From Auanema rhodensis (lineage: Eukaryota; Animalia; Nematoda): a stretch of 64,000 nucleotides of DNA. Position 1 is the stretch's first letter; each line of letters opens with the position of its first letter. Location: NCBI GenBank assembly GCA_964057225.1, contig OZ059899.1, forward strand, positions 12,772,001-12,836,000. The letters are read 5' to 3'. Position numbers and translations under genes: made by a program. The notes under the pieces are model-generated. The model did no database searches and was not told the DNA's origin. It worked only from the letters and a program-made list of their open reading frames with translations. Below, one piece after another: positions 26,701 through 40,721 of this stretch.

Positions 26701-29700
26701 AAGCCGTTTATAAACAGATTTTCCCCACTGTATTCTCAACTGAATGTTTGCCAAAAATGGATTTGTACTGTCAATTGATAATCAAAGAAACTTACTTTCT
26801 ACTTTTTTGCAATATTGTTGTTGATGGACAATCAAGTTATCAATATTTTTGAATTTGGCCAGGCCACACTGGTCACAAGCAAAAGCTGAAATGAAAAAAT
26901 ATGTTGAAATGACAACATTGGCTTGGTGTTCGTACGTTTTTCAACTTCAATCATCTTATCGGCTGGTAGAATCGTTGGCATTGTCATCGGAATAGTTTCA
27001 GGAAGCATGGATGATGATGTAGATGACGTTACAATGGGTGTAATAAGAATTGTGGTTAAGATAGGTTCTGAATGTCTGATATCTTTTGTGATTGTCATCT
27101 GAATCTGATCCTCGCCTGAAATGACGCAAGTATTAACGAAAAAATATGAAACAATGAATGTTGTAATGAGGAAGCCATTGTATGAATGCTTATAGACAAT
27201 GAATGGACACATGCTGTTGATGTTCAATGTTGCTATTACTTATCCAAAAACACAGATGATTCACAATAGATAGATAGAGTGTTTAAGGATTTAGGATGTG
27301 AAAGCCCCTCTGTTTGCCTGTAACTTCAACTTCATATCAACCATTTTGTCTGTGTTGTCGTTGAGTTCATCATTCTTTTCTTGGACTTTTACATACTCAT
27401 GACTGCACTGCCACGTTCAAAGTTAGCTCTTATCTCTCTTTTCTCTCAACAAAGTAAATTCTCGCAATTTCCGCTTTGAACACTTCAAATGTAAATTTAA
27501 GAAATGAAACTTTTAAACAAGCCAGCTATCATTAGATAATTGATAGATTAGATGAAAAATGAAGAAAAATGTATTCATATTCATGTGACGTTTCAGAACT
27601 GATACACACACACACACACACAAGGAGAAGAAGAAATACTCAATTTCCTTTGTAGGTGTTAAAATCGGTGCAAGATTCTTATTCAAGCTTTCTACTTCAT
27701 TAGTCGATGGACTATAGATAGGTAGATAACTTGAAAGAGACAGAGAGAGAGGGAGAGAGAGAGAGAGAGATAGAGATAGAGAGAGAGAGAAAAGTCGTTT
27801 CAATGTTTGTGTTCTTTTAGTTTATCATTAAATTTGATAAGATTTTAAAAAGAAAGGGTTCCTCTCTATCATACTCTTTGAAGATCTCAAATTATGCTGC
27901 GTATCATTAGATGTAAATAACATATTATTTGTAAATAAATGAAAATTAATTTTCAAATTAAGAAATGAGGAAGATCGATAAGATGTTGAGGAAGTTACAA
28001 AGCATTTAAAACCAAATCTTATCAAGTTATATTCAAACATAATGCTGATTTTTGCATTTGTGCTAGCTTAGGTTGCTTGTTGTTATTGTGTTAGAACTTG
28101 AGAATGGTCGAATACTGCTGCTACCTTTCCTACTGATGTTCCTTTATTTCTAGTTTTCTCTCATCCTCTTCAAAGGTTATCTCTGCATACTAGGATCTCC
28201 AACTTCTTTCAAACTGACTCATCAGTATCAATACTGAAGATGTTATCGGTGAATAATTTGTAATCCAGTTGCCTGGTAATTATAATTTCATAATAACGTC
28301 ATCTTTACTCTCATTTATTCATGTTTTTCGGCAAATCGACGTCAGTAGTGTACATAAGCTGCAGATGCTTCCGTTGTCGTCGTGAGAGAGAGAGAAAGAG
28401 AGAGAGAGTGAGAGAGTGAGAGAGTTGCATAGAAGATACTTAGGACTATCTGTATAGGAAAAAGGGCAAGGGAGGTCCCAATGGCTTCATACTCATTTTC
28501 ATTTTCATATATCATATGATGATTGGGGGGGTCTTATCACCTCTATTACCTTATCATATTCTTCCTATCAACTTACAGCTATCATTATAGAAAGTGGCAG
28601 ATTTCAACAACTAACATACAAATAAAGAATGTTTGAGAAGAAAAATTAAGTTTTTCCCATTCATAGTTATGATATGAGAGCAGAATGTGCATGATCCTTT
28701 CGTAATTTGTTCTCTTTTCCGCTTATTCCTCAACATACAAAACATAAAACTTACAAACGAAGTAGGCTATGGCATTAGCTGTACGTGGATCGGAGCACGC
28801 TTTGATACGTTGAATTATTGGATCTCTATCTAATACTTCATACACGTGTAGCAAGCCCAACTGATCAATCAACTGAAATATGACACATTAACAACTTCTC
28901 TCAGCTTTTCCAATTCATTTTTTGATCAAAAAAGTCGTGGAAAACGTACGGTTATCTCGATGCCACTGCAAATCGTTCGCCTATCAGTTCTTTTCTTAAC
29001 ATGAAAAGGACCTTTCGTATCTCCAGATTGAAATTCTGTTGTCAGAGGCAATACGAGCTGATGGTGACCGCCACTATCAAATTTGGTTACATCGAGTCCT
29101 CCGGTCATTTCCAATACATGAAGAATCTGAAATCTGTGGGTATTGCACTGTTCAAGTTCATATGCTGAGAATTGAATGTTTATAGTGGGTTCGGATGAAT
29201 TTGGGTGGATGTTTTTCATTGAAACTATGTAATATTACATAGAATGAAGTGCTAACATCATATATTTACATGAGGGAAGCAAAAAAGGACGATGAACTGT
29301 GTTACTCAAATAGCAGAAGCAGCCACATCAGCAACAGCAGCAATAGGACAAATGATGAGAATGATGTTCCTTATCACACTTATACAAGAGATTTAGAATC
29401 AGATCAGATGGCAACAAGCCAATGCTCTATGCTGCGATAAAAAGAAAAACATAAAGAAGAAGAGGAGGAAGAAGAAAAAGAAGAATTAGATGAAGATGAT
29501 GAATGAAAGATATTCCTTTTGATTATGAAACCAAACACTAAAATGAATTTATTTTTACGAAAAATTAGAAAAGAAGAACATTAACTGATACGAGTGAGCC
29601 ATATTGAATTAACAGAAAAATATGTGTTAAACGGAGGTAAAACATATGAAGATTACAAAAGAAGTTAAAGATTACATAAGAAAATAATAATAAAAAGAAT

Positions 29701-29865
29701 TATAAAGAGAAAAAGAGAGAGAAAGAGAAAGAGAGAGAGAGAGGGAAGAAAGATAGAAGGAGAGAGATAATCGCAAAAAAAAAACAACAAAAATAATTTT
29801 TATTTGAAAAAAAAATAAAAAAATAATGAACATACCGTTGATAACTCTTTCGATGTTGCAGCCAT
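23754..29865 (-). CDS. PR-like domain + CCHC(FOG-type)/C2H2 zinc-finger protein, Friend-of-GATA/U-shaped-like
   Basis: About 13 exons join in frame. MAATSKELST, then a PR/SET-like region (GDTKGPFHV...IKACSDPRTANAIAYFVCEDQIQMTITKDIRHSEPIL), CCHC finger FACDQCGLAKFKNIDNLIVHQQQYC (~26800-26885), an S/T/P-rich linker, CCHC finger FLCTCGVTFQSSINLTAHKQYYC (~24715-24785), and C2H2 fingers RCSQCSYEPQSISQLSLHIRNVH and YVCKECGYRGYSIRGIRSHMRTH. Stop at 23754. Confidence 0.82.
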
Positions 29866-29939
29866 TATATATAAATTTGAATATAAGATAGAATATATTT
29901 ATTCTGGAAATGAATGGTTATATATTGAATACTGAACAG

Positions 29940-29993
29940 TTATCAGGAGAATGAAAGAAGTTCTCTTATCAAACTTTATCGAAAATCTGATAG
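29940..29993. promoter_or_regulatory. GATA-site cluster upstream of FOG-like gene
   Basis: TTATCA (29940), TTATCA (29966), TTATCG (29976) and TGATAG (29988) within 54 bp, ~75-130 bp upstream of the ATG. Confidence 0.5.
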
Positions 29994-30230
29994 GAGCCAA
30001 TAATTTTGATTAGAAGTTCTACACTAAAAGGAAGAGAAATATGTAGTTAGAATATAGATTGTATGAATAATATGTATATGAATAAAATAATAAAGTTTTA
30101 AGATTTTATATAGTTAAACTTAAAGTTTAAGTTTGAGTTGATTAAAGTTTGTCAAATTAATTATACAGGATATAAAAGACTATAAGATAATATAGTGTAG
30201 ATAAAGAGAGAATAGAGAAATAAAGAATAA

Positions 30231-30233
<3 letters not shown>

Positions 30234-30294
<61 letters not shown>

Positions 30295-30346
30295 AAGAGA
30301 GAGAGAAAGCAAGAGAGAGAAAGCAAGAGAGAGAGAAAGGGAGAGA
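30234..30346. repeat. (GA)n microsatellite, compound
   Basis: Long GA tract with interruptions. Confidence 0.95.
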
Positions 30347-31021
30347 AAGGGAGAGATGAAAATAAATTTAAATACAAAGATATAATCAGTGACATCAGGA
30401 TATGAGAGTATGAATGTTAGAATGATCTCGAGAGAATACAGATCTGTAGAAGGAGTTTAACATTACTTGAATTGATTTAAATTTCAGCGATAAACTGCCA
30501 AAAGAAGAAAAAGAGAGAGAGGGAGATTGAGAGATTGAGAGAGAGAGAGAGAGAAAGAAAGAGTGGAGGGTAGAGAAGGATTAGCATAATAATAATGATG
30601 ATGTTCTTAAAACTAAAACAAAGTTAGATATGTAATTCAAAACAAACAAAAAAATAAGTATAATATATTAACTAAATATATTATTAATATTGTTGTATGA
30701 TTAAAAAAAATATATATAAGTATTCTAGAGTGAAAACAGATACTGTTTTATGCCTATTTTTATTCTTTTGCTATCAGCTTTCTGATTAGACCTACTAAAT
30801 CTAATAGGAAAATGTTTTCCTTTGACAAAAAATTTAAAAAAATTGATTGTTAGTATTTGATGATGTAATAATGATGATGTAGGGAGTACAAAATGAAAAA
30901 GAGTAAAATAATTAGATATACAAGATAATAGATGAAGTTGAAACGAATGATGAGCTATATGAACAAGGACGACAAATGGTGAGAAGCGGTGAGGAAGTGA
31001 ACCGGAGCTAAGGAAAAATGA

Positions 31022-31055
<34 letters not shown>

Positions 31056-31706
31056 GATGATGAAACCGTTCTGAACAGCTGCACGTGCATGAAATGAATG
31101 AAATTAGCATAAACTATTGATGACGTGTACACGTGTTATTATTAATTTTCATTAAAATATAAATTAGAATAAAGTATACGTCATACTATATGGAAGTCAC
31201 ATAATATGTCTGATAACAATAAGTAAGATGAAGAATCATTTATGTGAATATATAATATAATAATTATATTATATTATATAGAAAACAATATATATTGTGT
31301 GTAATCATATGCTGCTATAAAGAGTATGTGAAATATGAAGTTCGAAAGTGATGTTTCGTTGGGAGGAGCTAGAGAAATGTATAGCATACATACATCATGA
31401 GCATGTTTTGAAAGCATTTTTTTTTTTTTGAAATGTTAATCATCTTAGAATTATATTATAACTTTATAGTTAAACAAATATATATTATATATACTTTATA
31501 GTTAAACAGATATGTTTGGTGAAGCAAAATGTATACGGAATTCTAAGAATGATAGAAAGTGGCAAAAAAGAACCGGATGAACTATCTCTCACGGAAAGCA
31601 ATTAGCTTTTATCTGAAGAACGTTGATGTAGACGTGTCGAGCCCTACTGCTGATAAGAAAATAAGAACATAACAGCGAAAGAAAAACGAAAATGGCCATA
31701 ACATAG

Positions 31707-31710
<4 letters not shown>

Positions 31711-31761
<51 letters not shown>
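31711..31761. repeat. (GA)n microsatellite
   Basis: About 25 perfect units. Confidence 0.95.
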
Positions 31762-31767
<6 letters not shown>

Positions 31768-33301
31768 AGAGGACTGTGCAGAAATCTGTAAAGTTCACGA
31801 GTTATCAAAACGAATGAAGTATTTCCGAAGAAATGGGTGTGGACTTTGTGATGAAATAAGTTTAATTCTCATTGCTGTAATGATGATGATGATGATGAGA
31901 ATGAAAAGAAGTAGTATTAGTAGTCGTGGTAGTAGTTGGATCAGATTGATAAGAAATGAATCAGCAAAGGATTGCTATCGACTATTTACTCATTGATATA
32001 ATATTGTAACGATGTCCTCAGTTTATAGATGAATCGATTGAGAAGTTATTGATAAGATTAGGAGGTAGAGGTGAAGCTTGTAAAGTTGAAAGCGAAAAAA
32101 AACAGTGCAAAAGGGGAAGAATTTGAACTATGACTTGAGTAATTGTGGCTTAATGAGAGAATTAGAGAGAAGGCAGTAGGACTCACAAGGACTCAGTTGA
32201 GCTGGTGATATGGAAGGTGATAAGAGCGCACATGCGTCTGAGAATACTTATGATCAATGCATGAACTGATGATGAGAACGAAGCGGTAGTGAGATGCAGC
32301 AACACAATGATAACGACAACGAGTAGATGTAGATGGAGTTAAAGACGACGGCAAATGGGATAGAAAATGAAGGAGGAGCCAGATGGCTGAGTAAAGATAT
32401 GTAGAAGGCATAGAGAATGCAGTGTTATTATGACTTGCCGTCGATAAGACATAGCTATAGATAAGATCTACGATCACTATACGAAGAGAAGAGGATGAAG
32501 AAGAAGAAGAAGAAGAAGAAGAAGAAGAAGAAGAAAAAGAAGAAGGAGAAGAAGGACGACAACGACGACAACGATAGAGATGTCAAGACAGATGTCAGGA
32601 CCATCCTGTCGTAACCGCGATTTGGTCAATTTTTTTGTGTTTTTTTTTTGCTGTTTGCCGGTCAGATTAACTATGCCTTATCAATCAAACATTTTTTTTT
32701 GGAAGCAGGAGGACGGAGGGAATTATGTTTATATAGTATCAGTGAATTCTCACAACAGAAAAGGAAAATGCTCTCTCTCTCATATGGAAACTACGCTAAA
32801 ATTGAGGAGGAATACCTTCACTTAGACATTTGAAGTAACCAGGCTTTAAGCTTATCAAATAAGCTTAGAATACATCTTAGGTTCAAATTGAGATGAGTTT
32901 CATAAAAATGTTGTCAAATAAATATTTTGTCTTTTCTATAGATTGTTAAGCTATACTATACGCTTGATATTACCAGAATAATGCTATTCAAATGACTATT
33001 TGGTACAGTTGGATGGTTATTCATGTTTTTAGACGTTCGATTCAAGCTGTTGAAATGCTTGAAATTGAACTTTAATGTTAAAATTGTAAAAAAAAGAATT
33101 TGTTTTAGAGATTTTTCTTGATTAAAATCGATATCTAAACATCGCTTTTAAAATTTCCTTGAGATTATATCTCTGGAATAGAGACGAGTAGTATCAAATA
33201 GAGAAATTTAAAGATTTGTGATTGAAGGAACGCCAACAAATCTTTTTAAAGCTGGACATAAGGTTCAGAGGGAAATATCTTATAGCAAACAGCATAAAGT
33301 T

Positions 33302-33303
<2 letters not shown>

Positions 33304-33353
<50 letters not shown>
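33304..33353. repeat. (GA)n microsatellite followed by poly-G
   Basis: GA tract running directly into a G11 run. Confidence 0.95.
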
Positions 33354-33355
<2 letters not shown>

Positions 33356-33612
33356 GAGCTGTAGAAGATATAAGTAATTGTCTGATGAATAAATGAAGAA
33401 ATCTATTGAAAATCTATTGAACATGGTCGAGTTATATGGATGATAGGCTATTTGTGCTAATCAGAATATCAATTGGTACGGAATTGATGATATCAGTAAC
33501 TGTAATCTATCTATCTTCTTTTATTTAGTTGAAGTAAGTTAACGAATATTACAATAAATGAAAGAAAGAATGATAGTTCGGGAGTTATTCCTTTTTGGGG
33601 TTAATAATACCT

Positions 33613-33613
<1 letters not shown>

Positions 33614-33670
<57 letters not shown>
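33614..33670. repeat. (TC)n microsatellite
   Basis: About 28 perfect units. Confidence 0.95.
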
Positions 33671-33673
<3 letters not shown>

Positions 33674-34862
33674 CTATCTATCCTTTTCTCATTTTTGGAG
33701 GATTTCTAGTAATTGTATAGACATAATGTCACATTCCTTGTGAAGGTTTCTTCTTAAATGTTGGAACATAACATCTTCAGACATAATGCGCTACTGAACT
33801 TTCTTGAAATAGCTACATACATATGGTATGATAGACTAAGGACGAAGTGTCTTTTAGAGACTAAAAGCAACTTTTTTTGTGAAGTTTGATGAATATTCAG
33901 AGCTGAAGGAGGGGGGGGGAGCAATAGAAAAAGCTTAGAAAAGAATGTTATGTATATACTACGTGTGATAGGAAAACGAGATTGGACAAAAGATAGAATC
34001 TTCAGGGGGGAAATGAGGAAAAGCTCTATTGCTCTTTGCTTTGGTTTCACCACGAATAAACGGTGAAGATGGTTGAAGGAAGAACACATAGGCATGAATA
34101 GAGAAAGAGGGATGAAGCAAGATAGAGAGGTGAAGAGAAATAGAGACGAACTGAGAGAGAGAGAGGACCATATAGATATTCGCAGAGAATTCAAAATGAG
34201 AGAACAAAATAATAGAAGAGAGGAGATCTTTGAAGAGGAAAGAAATAAAGAGAGAGAGAGAGAGAGCCAGGGAGAACTCTCCCTGTGACAGACGAAGATC
34301 TGAGTTTCTGATAAGAATGAGGAAAAAGCTGATGCCTCAAACCTCTCATACAAACATACAGGAATTTTTAGTTTTTTCTCATTTCAATTGTTCTTAAAAT
34401 AGAAAAAAGAAAGATTTGTTGTAAAAAAAAGATTTTTTGAACGTTAATCATTGATAACAGTGAGTCATTATGATATATCATTCTATTTAAAGTATGAGGG
34501 CTTCAACGGCCAGATAGATGATGTTGTTGCTGCTGCTATTGCTGCTATTGCTGGATATGAGAATGTAGATAGCTGTATTGCTCTGTATTACTAAGATATT
34601 ATGTTATTAGCTTTATTAATTATTACAATATAAATTATATAATTCATCAAATACATTTGAAAGCAGAAAGAAGATTCTGGAAGCAAAATCTTTGTTTCAG
34701 GCCAATTTACCGAGATATGTAACCGTGATAGCACTTGATATCATCTTGAGTTCTGCACGCAGTGTCATCATGTGCAAATTTTTTTTTCAAAAAAAATAAG
34801 AAAAATATAATTTTAAGCAGAAAAATTTAAAATATTATTAAAGAAAAACAGGATTTGATGGT

Positions 34863-37800
34863 CTATTTTGAATAAAATTTCCTATTTATGAAGTTTTTCA
34901 GGTTGATAATATCAAATTCAAGAATATCATCAATGTATATATGTGCTTGTACAGCTTCACGCTGTAGCAAATCCTGAAAATTGATTCAAGTTAGAAAAGA
35001 GCTTTGAGAAAGAAAATTACAAACCTGAAAATCAAGTTGCAAAGAGTTTATAACAGTCTTATTGTCTAATATAACAACTTGAAATATTCCTTTTTTACTT
35101 GTTGTATTGAAATCAACGTTCAACTTTGAAATTCTGAAAATAATAAGTTGAGATAATGCTTGACACTCAGCAGCAACAGCAGATAAAGCAAGAGATAAAG
35201 CTCGTTAAGCTGTTCCTACTGGTGCTGCTGCTCTTGTTGATGTTCCAACTTTTTCTGATAATTAGAGACGTTGAAGGTGATTACAATCTTCTTTCTTATG
35301 AGCTTTTCCATTGTAACTCGATATGTTGATAGGAGACAAAGAGAGTGACGTTCCTTCTGAATCTTTCCAGCTGTCTTCGTATCTGGTCGGAAAGACATTC
35401 GTCTAAAGTACAACTAGATGTAGATGAGAAACAACTTTAAACATTTCAACTTCATCTTATAATCCATCTTTTTTCATTTTCTTTGTCTTCTTTTTTTTAG
35501 ATTAAATAAAAAATATGAGAAGAATGTCATGTTATATTCAAATTTTTACTAAACTTTTAATATTATTTTAACTATTTTCTAATAATATTTAATTATATTA
35601 ATTATAACTTTATATTTTTACTTTATTATAGATTTAATTTCTTTTTTTATTATTATTTTAATTCATATTAGAAGAAAATTAATTTGGATAAATTCTTATA
35701 AGCTCTTTTCAAAATACTCTCTCCGAATTACTAGTCTGGTAAAGCATTTTAGTTGTAGATAGTTAGATTATTCAGTGGATAGGAATAGTAAGTTGAGATT
35801 GAAGTGAAGTGTCATCTAGAGAATCTTGAATTGATAATTCTCAAAAAAGAAAAACAACAAGAAGCTGAGGTGAATGGAGGGAAACGGTATTGAAGTATTG
35901 AATGATTTCGCCCCCCAGATATTGAATTTAGCTTACTTGGATGTTCTGCTCAGATTATCAAGACATGTTTCCAAATATTCTTCATAATGCTCAAGTTTTT
36001 GATCAAGTTCATGACGTAGCTTCTGAAAATAAAATTGATTTTAAAAATAAAAAAGTGCGTGAGGCTATACCACTAATTTTATTTCCGTTGCTGTTAAATT
36101 ACTACGAAGTTCAGCACGCTCTTTACGTCTACGAGTAGCTAATCGAATATCCTATAATATAAATTATATTAATTATACAAATTATAATTATATAAATAAT
36201 CTTTTTTACGTTAGCAATTTCAGTAACAATAGTCTGATAATCATCTGATGATTTACTTCTATTCATTTTTTCTAATTCAACTAAATTTTCCCGAACTTGT
36301 TGTTGTTTTTCTTTGATAGAACATCTAAAAATATAATTAATTATATGTATATTAATAACTTATATTACTTTTCAGAATTATAAAAATCATTATGAAGTCG
36401 GATATTCTCTTCCGTAGGTTCAGCATCAAGTAATTGTGGAATTGTAGTTCCATTCACTCCAGATAATAGTAAATCCACAATAATTTTCTTTGTTCTAATA
36501 ATAATAAGAATTATTAATATTATTATTTCTAATTATATTAATAAATAAGATTTTATTTGAATTTTTGCTCTTTATTCATTGAAACCTTTTGTAAAACTTT
36601 TAGGCTTCAAGCTTCATGTTGGATAAGCTCAAATATCAGGCTTAAGATTGATTTATGTACCTGATGAATAGCTCTTGCATGGCTGATCGTTCACTAGATA
36701 TATCCTTCATGGGATGAAGCTGAAGCCAGACCGTCTTCTCATCTGATGATCTGTCCGGAGCTGAGCAATTAGCTAAAAGGTTATGTAGCTGCATTCCAGT
36801 GCCGGGAACAATCTAAAGAATGATGAAAATTAAAAAAAGAAGTTTGATATATTCATACCACTGGAGCATTAAGCTTTAAGAACTTGAGAATGATTGTTAA
36901 CTGTTTTTCCGTTAAGCTTAAAGTTGGTTTATGAGCTGGATCGAAGTGAGTAAGCTCGTTCAATCCATAAATATCTTCCAAATTAACTTCTCGAACTTGT
37001 TTATTTATATAATTTCTATAAAAAAAATTAAATGAATTCATAAATTTACTGAAACTTACAAGAATTTTTCATTAATGATATGAATATCTTTATTCAAAAT
37101 ACTCAAAAAATACTTTGAATTACCGTACTGAAAGATGAAAAATACAATTTTCGAATGTAAAATCAATCTTACTCCACGATTCTTAATACCATAATCAATG
37201 AATTGAACAACAGCTTCAAGTAGACTACATGATGAATCCTTCAACTCAATACCAGCAGCTCGGAATACAGCTCGTCGTGAGACCAAAAATGAATGAAAAT
37301 AATTCTGAAAATGAGAATATATCAAGTCTTTCTCATCAACGATGATTAACGAACCTCAAATACAAATTCTGAGACAGTTCGAGTTAAGTCAACTCGTGAT
37401 GCTGTTGGAAAATGACGGAATAAGATGTCATCAAGATATGCTGCCAGATATATTACGCAATTTCTATTTAAAAATTTATTTAAATATTTGATTTTTCTAT
37501 TAAAATCTTACGGTAATTTATATTCTTGTATTATTTCATCAACTATTATTTCACTCCATTTAGATAAAAATGAAATGGAATCATCTAGAACCTGAAAAAG
37601 AAAAGACTTGGTTAATGCTTATCAAACTAGGCTGGAAATCATGCTGAAGATATGTACAAACCTTTTTGACCTGCGCATTAGCTAGCATTACTTCAATATC
37701 GTCTTTATCACTTCCCGGATATATAGACTGTGGATCCAAGTTAAAAACTAAATTCTCTCCGCTTTTAACGAATTCTTGAAGATGAGATTTCAATACAGTG

Positions 37801-39387
37801 CATGGATCTCGATCAGCAACATCAAACATGCTAGCAGAATAGGATAAAGCTTGAAGCTGTAAAACTCTAAAGCATACTTGCTCAGCAAAACATTCTTGAT
37901 GAAGTCCATATTCTTTGATTTTGCCAAATCTCCTGGTGTATTCAACTTTTCCACAGTTCTCATCAAAATTTCACAAAGTAATCGAATCTGAAGTGTGATT
38001 GATTGAGCCAAAAACATTAAAAGCTTAGAGAGTTACCAAAAGAAATTCTTCTCGTTTTTCCGTAATAAATCCAAAAATTGGAGCAATACAATCATTAATC
38101 AAATCAGTTCCAGCTATACTTCTACGTTCTTCTAAGTTCTCAGTATAGTTTTAATGGAAATAATCTAAATAATTCCTACCAGATTGAACAAGATTTGCCA
38201 AATAATTTGCGTCAGCTTGTAGATGATACAACAGTTGTTCTAAACCTTCTTGTTGATCTTTTGCCTAAAATAATCAAAGTTTTGGATTACCAACCATATT
38301 GCTAAAACCTTCTTTCGAATACTAGCTGGACGTTGCTTGAACTGATCATTTGCATCAGAAATTTTATTTTTCGAATCGATCACATCCTAAAAATTATATT
38401 TTTTTATATAATTTATGCTTATAAACCTGTAAATTCAGACGATTTTTGACTAATAAACCGATTTTATTATCCAAATCACGAAGTGAATCATCTAATTGTT
38501 GATTAGCTACACGTAAATGCCATACACGAGATTTGAATTGTTCTAATTCTATAATCAATAACATCTATATTATATCATATAATATATATTTTATTCATTT
38601 TGTTTTCTTTAAAAATATTTTCTTAAATAAGCCTTGAAATTCAGTACCTAAATCGTGCTCTAACTCATTCTCCTGTTGATGTAATGCTCCGACAAACTTG
38701 CGAACTAACTCAAACGATGGATTGTCAATACTTTCTGTAAAATAAGTGTTTAAGAACATGAAAAAACAACGAACAAATTATTTGAAAAGTAAATATAAAC
38801 AAGTACAAAGAGTAAATTGAAAAAAAAAATTTCAAAGATCAAAAAGGAAAAAAACGAATTGAAAGAAGTTATCCAAAGAAGATTCTTCTGCTCTTCGTCG
38901 TTGCCTATTTATCTTTGTAATTTTAAACTTACTTAATTGATTATGATCTTTTCTATCTTTATACTTTTTATAATTATTTTGAATTTTCTTAGCAGCTTCA
39001 TCTTCTTTACGTTTTTGTTGTAATTCCTCTTTTTTTCTACAAAATAAATAATATTTTATCATTTTCACAAAAAAAAAAAGAATTTAAATTTTTAAATAAT
39101 TACTTTTTATTTTCTAAATATTGACGAATTGTATCCTGCGATTTCTTGACCTTATCTTCATTACTTGCATAATGATTATCAAAATCATTATTTTCTTCAT
39201 CAATCATTGTCTAAAAAATATTATATCATATAATATATATTATTTTATATTTGATTGATTCATATACTTATTCTGAATAAAAATCACTATAAATCGAAAC
39301 TTCTCTTATTTGTTTTAGATTTATTGTCAAGTTTAAATGCGTGATAATGCATAAAGAATACACACAGCGAGGAAAACCCTACTCGGA

Positions 39388-39418
<31 letters not shown>

Positions 39419-40670
39419 GCTAGATGAACACAACCAGATCAGAAAACAATCTTAACGTAAAATAGCTTTTCACGTGAGCACTTAAGTATATTCACGTGAT
39501 ATAGTCACGTGATATAGTCACGTGATATAGTCACGTGAATATTCTAATTAGATGTTTATGATGTTTATATAATGTAATATTGATTTATACCTTAATTTCT
39601 GGCCATGTAACAGTTGATGGATCAAGTGGTTCACGTCGTACAGTTTTCTTCACATGCTCAGTTGTTTCAATGTATACTGAGCCATACATGAAATGCTCAC
39701 AAAGCCACATTTCTTGGTGAGGAAGCTAAAAATTAACTTGCAGACAATTCAACTGTTAGCATATGAAGCTTCTTACATCTTTCTTTAGCTCGTTGCGAGT
39801 AGTGCCTTCAGTTAGTAAACGTTTAATGTACCAATGCATAAGCTCATGTCGGAAATTGTTACAATCAGTAGATGATACTAAGGCTTGTAGATGTAGCCTG
39901 GTGTTACTTGAGTCATGTTGTTGCATGGCCTTGTTAAGCCTCAAAACTATAACCAGTAATTGAAAATATTTCATGAAAAACAAGTATGAATCAAGGAAGA
40001 TTACGAAAAAACTAGACGGCAAAAAGAAAGGTTTACCATTATCCCCTCGAGCAAATGCATCTAATGTGGCAGAATTGACATGCTTAAGAGCAGCCATGAC
40101 ATCATCAACTGAATTTGGCATATGGCTTTGGAAGTAGTTGAGATAATATTCTGAAGAACAATGATTCAAAATGAAAGAATTGAAGATATTGCTCAAACCA
40201 ATGTTCTCTTCCTCGTAGTCATTCGCACTGAGCAGCTTAATGATGTCTTGAGCTGCTTCACCGTCATTTCGACCCACATATCCTTTCAATTCCATAACTG
40301 AAATATAAAAAGTTTGTGTTCATTTCAATATTCTTCTAATGAAAATGCACAAGACACGTACTCGATCTATGTTCTGTGGATAAATCTTCAAACTCATAGA
40401 TAATATCCTGAAGTTCTTTCTTGCTTAAGAAGAATTCTGGAGCACATTTCTCATAAGAATATAATAATCTATATAGTTAAGTAAATAATTATATAATATT
40501 TCTTTTATATATTATACCTATTATAATATAATTTTGTATTTTCTTCTTTAAGTTTTAATTCTAAGCATGGATTCTTTAAAGTATTGAAAACGTCTGTTGA
40601 TGATCCTTGTTGTACAGCTAGCTTAACTTCAGCTAATGCATTTGCAACTGAATTAGAAAAGTAAGTGGAA

Positions 40671-40721
<51 letters not shown>

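Noticed and set aside
39470-39538. Short regularly spaced palindromes resembling a CRISPR array
   Set aside because: Eukaryotic intron, 13-bp unit with identical 5-bp spacers, and no cas genes.
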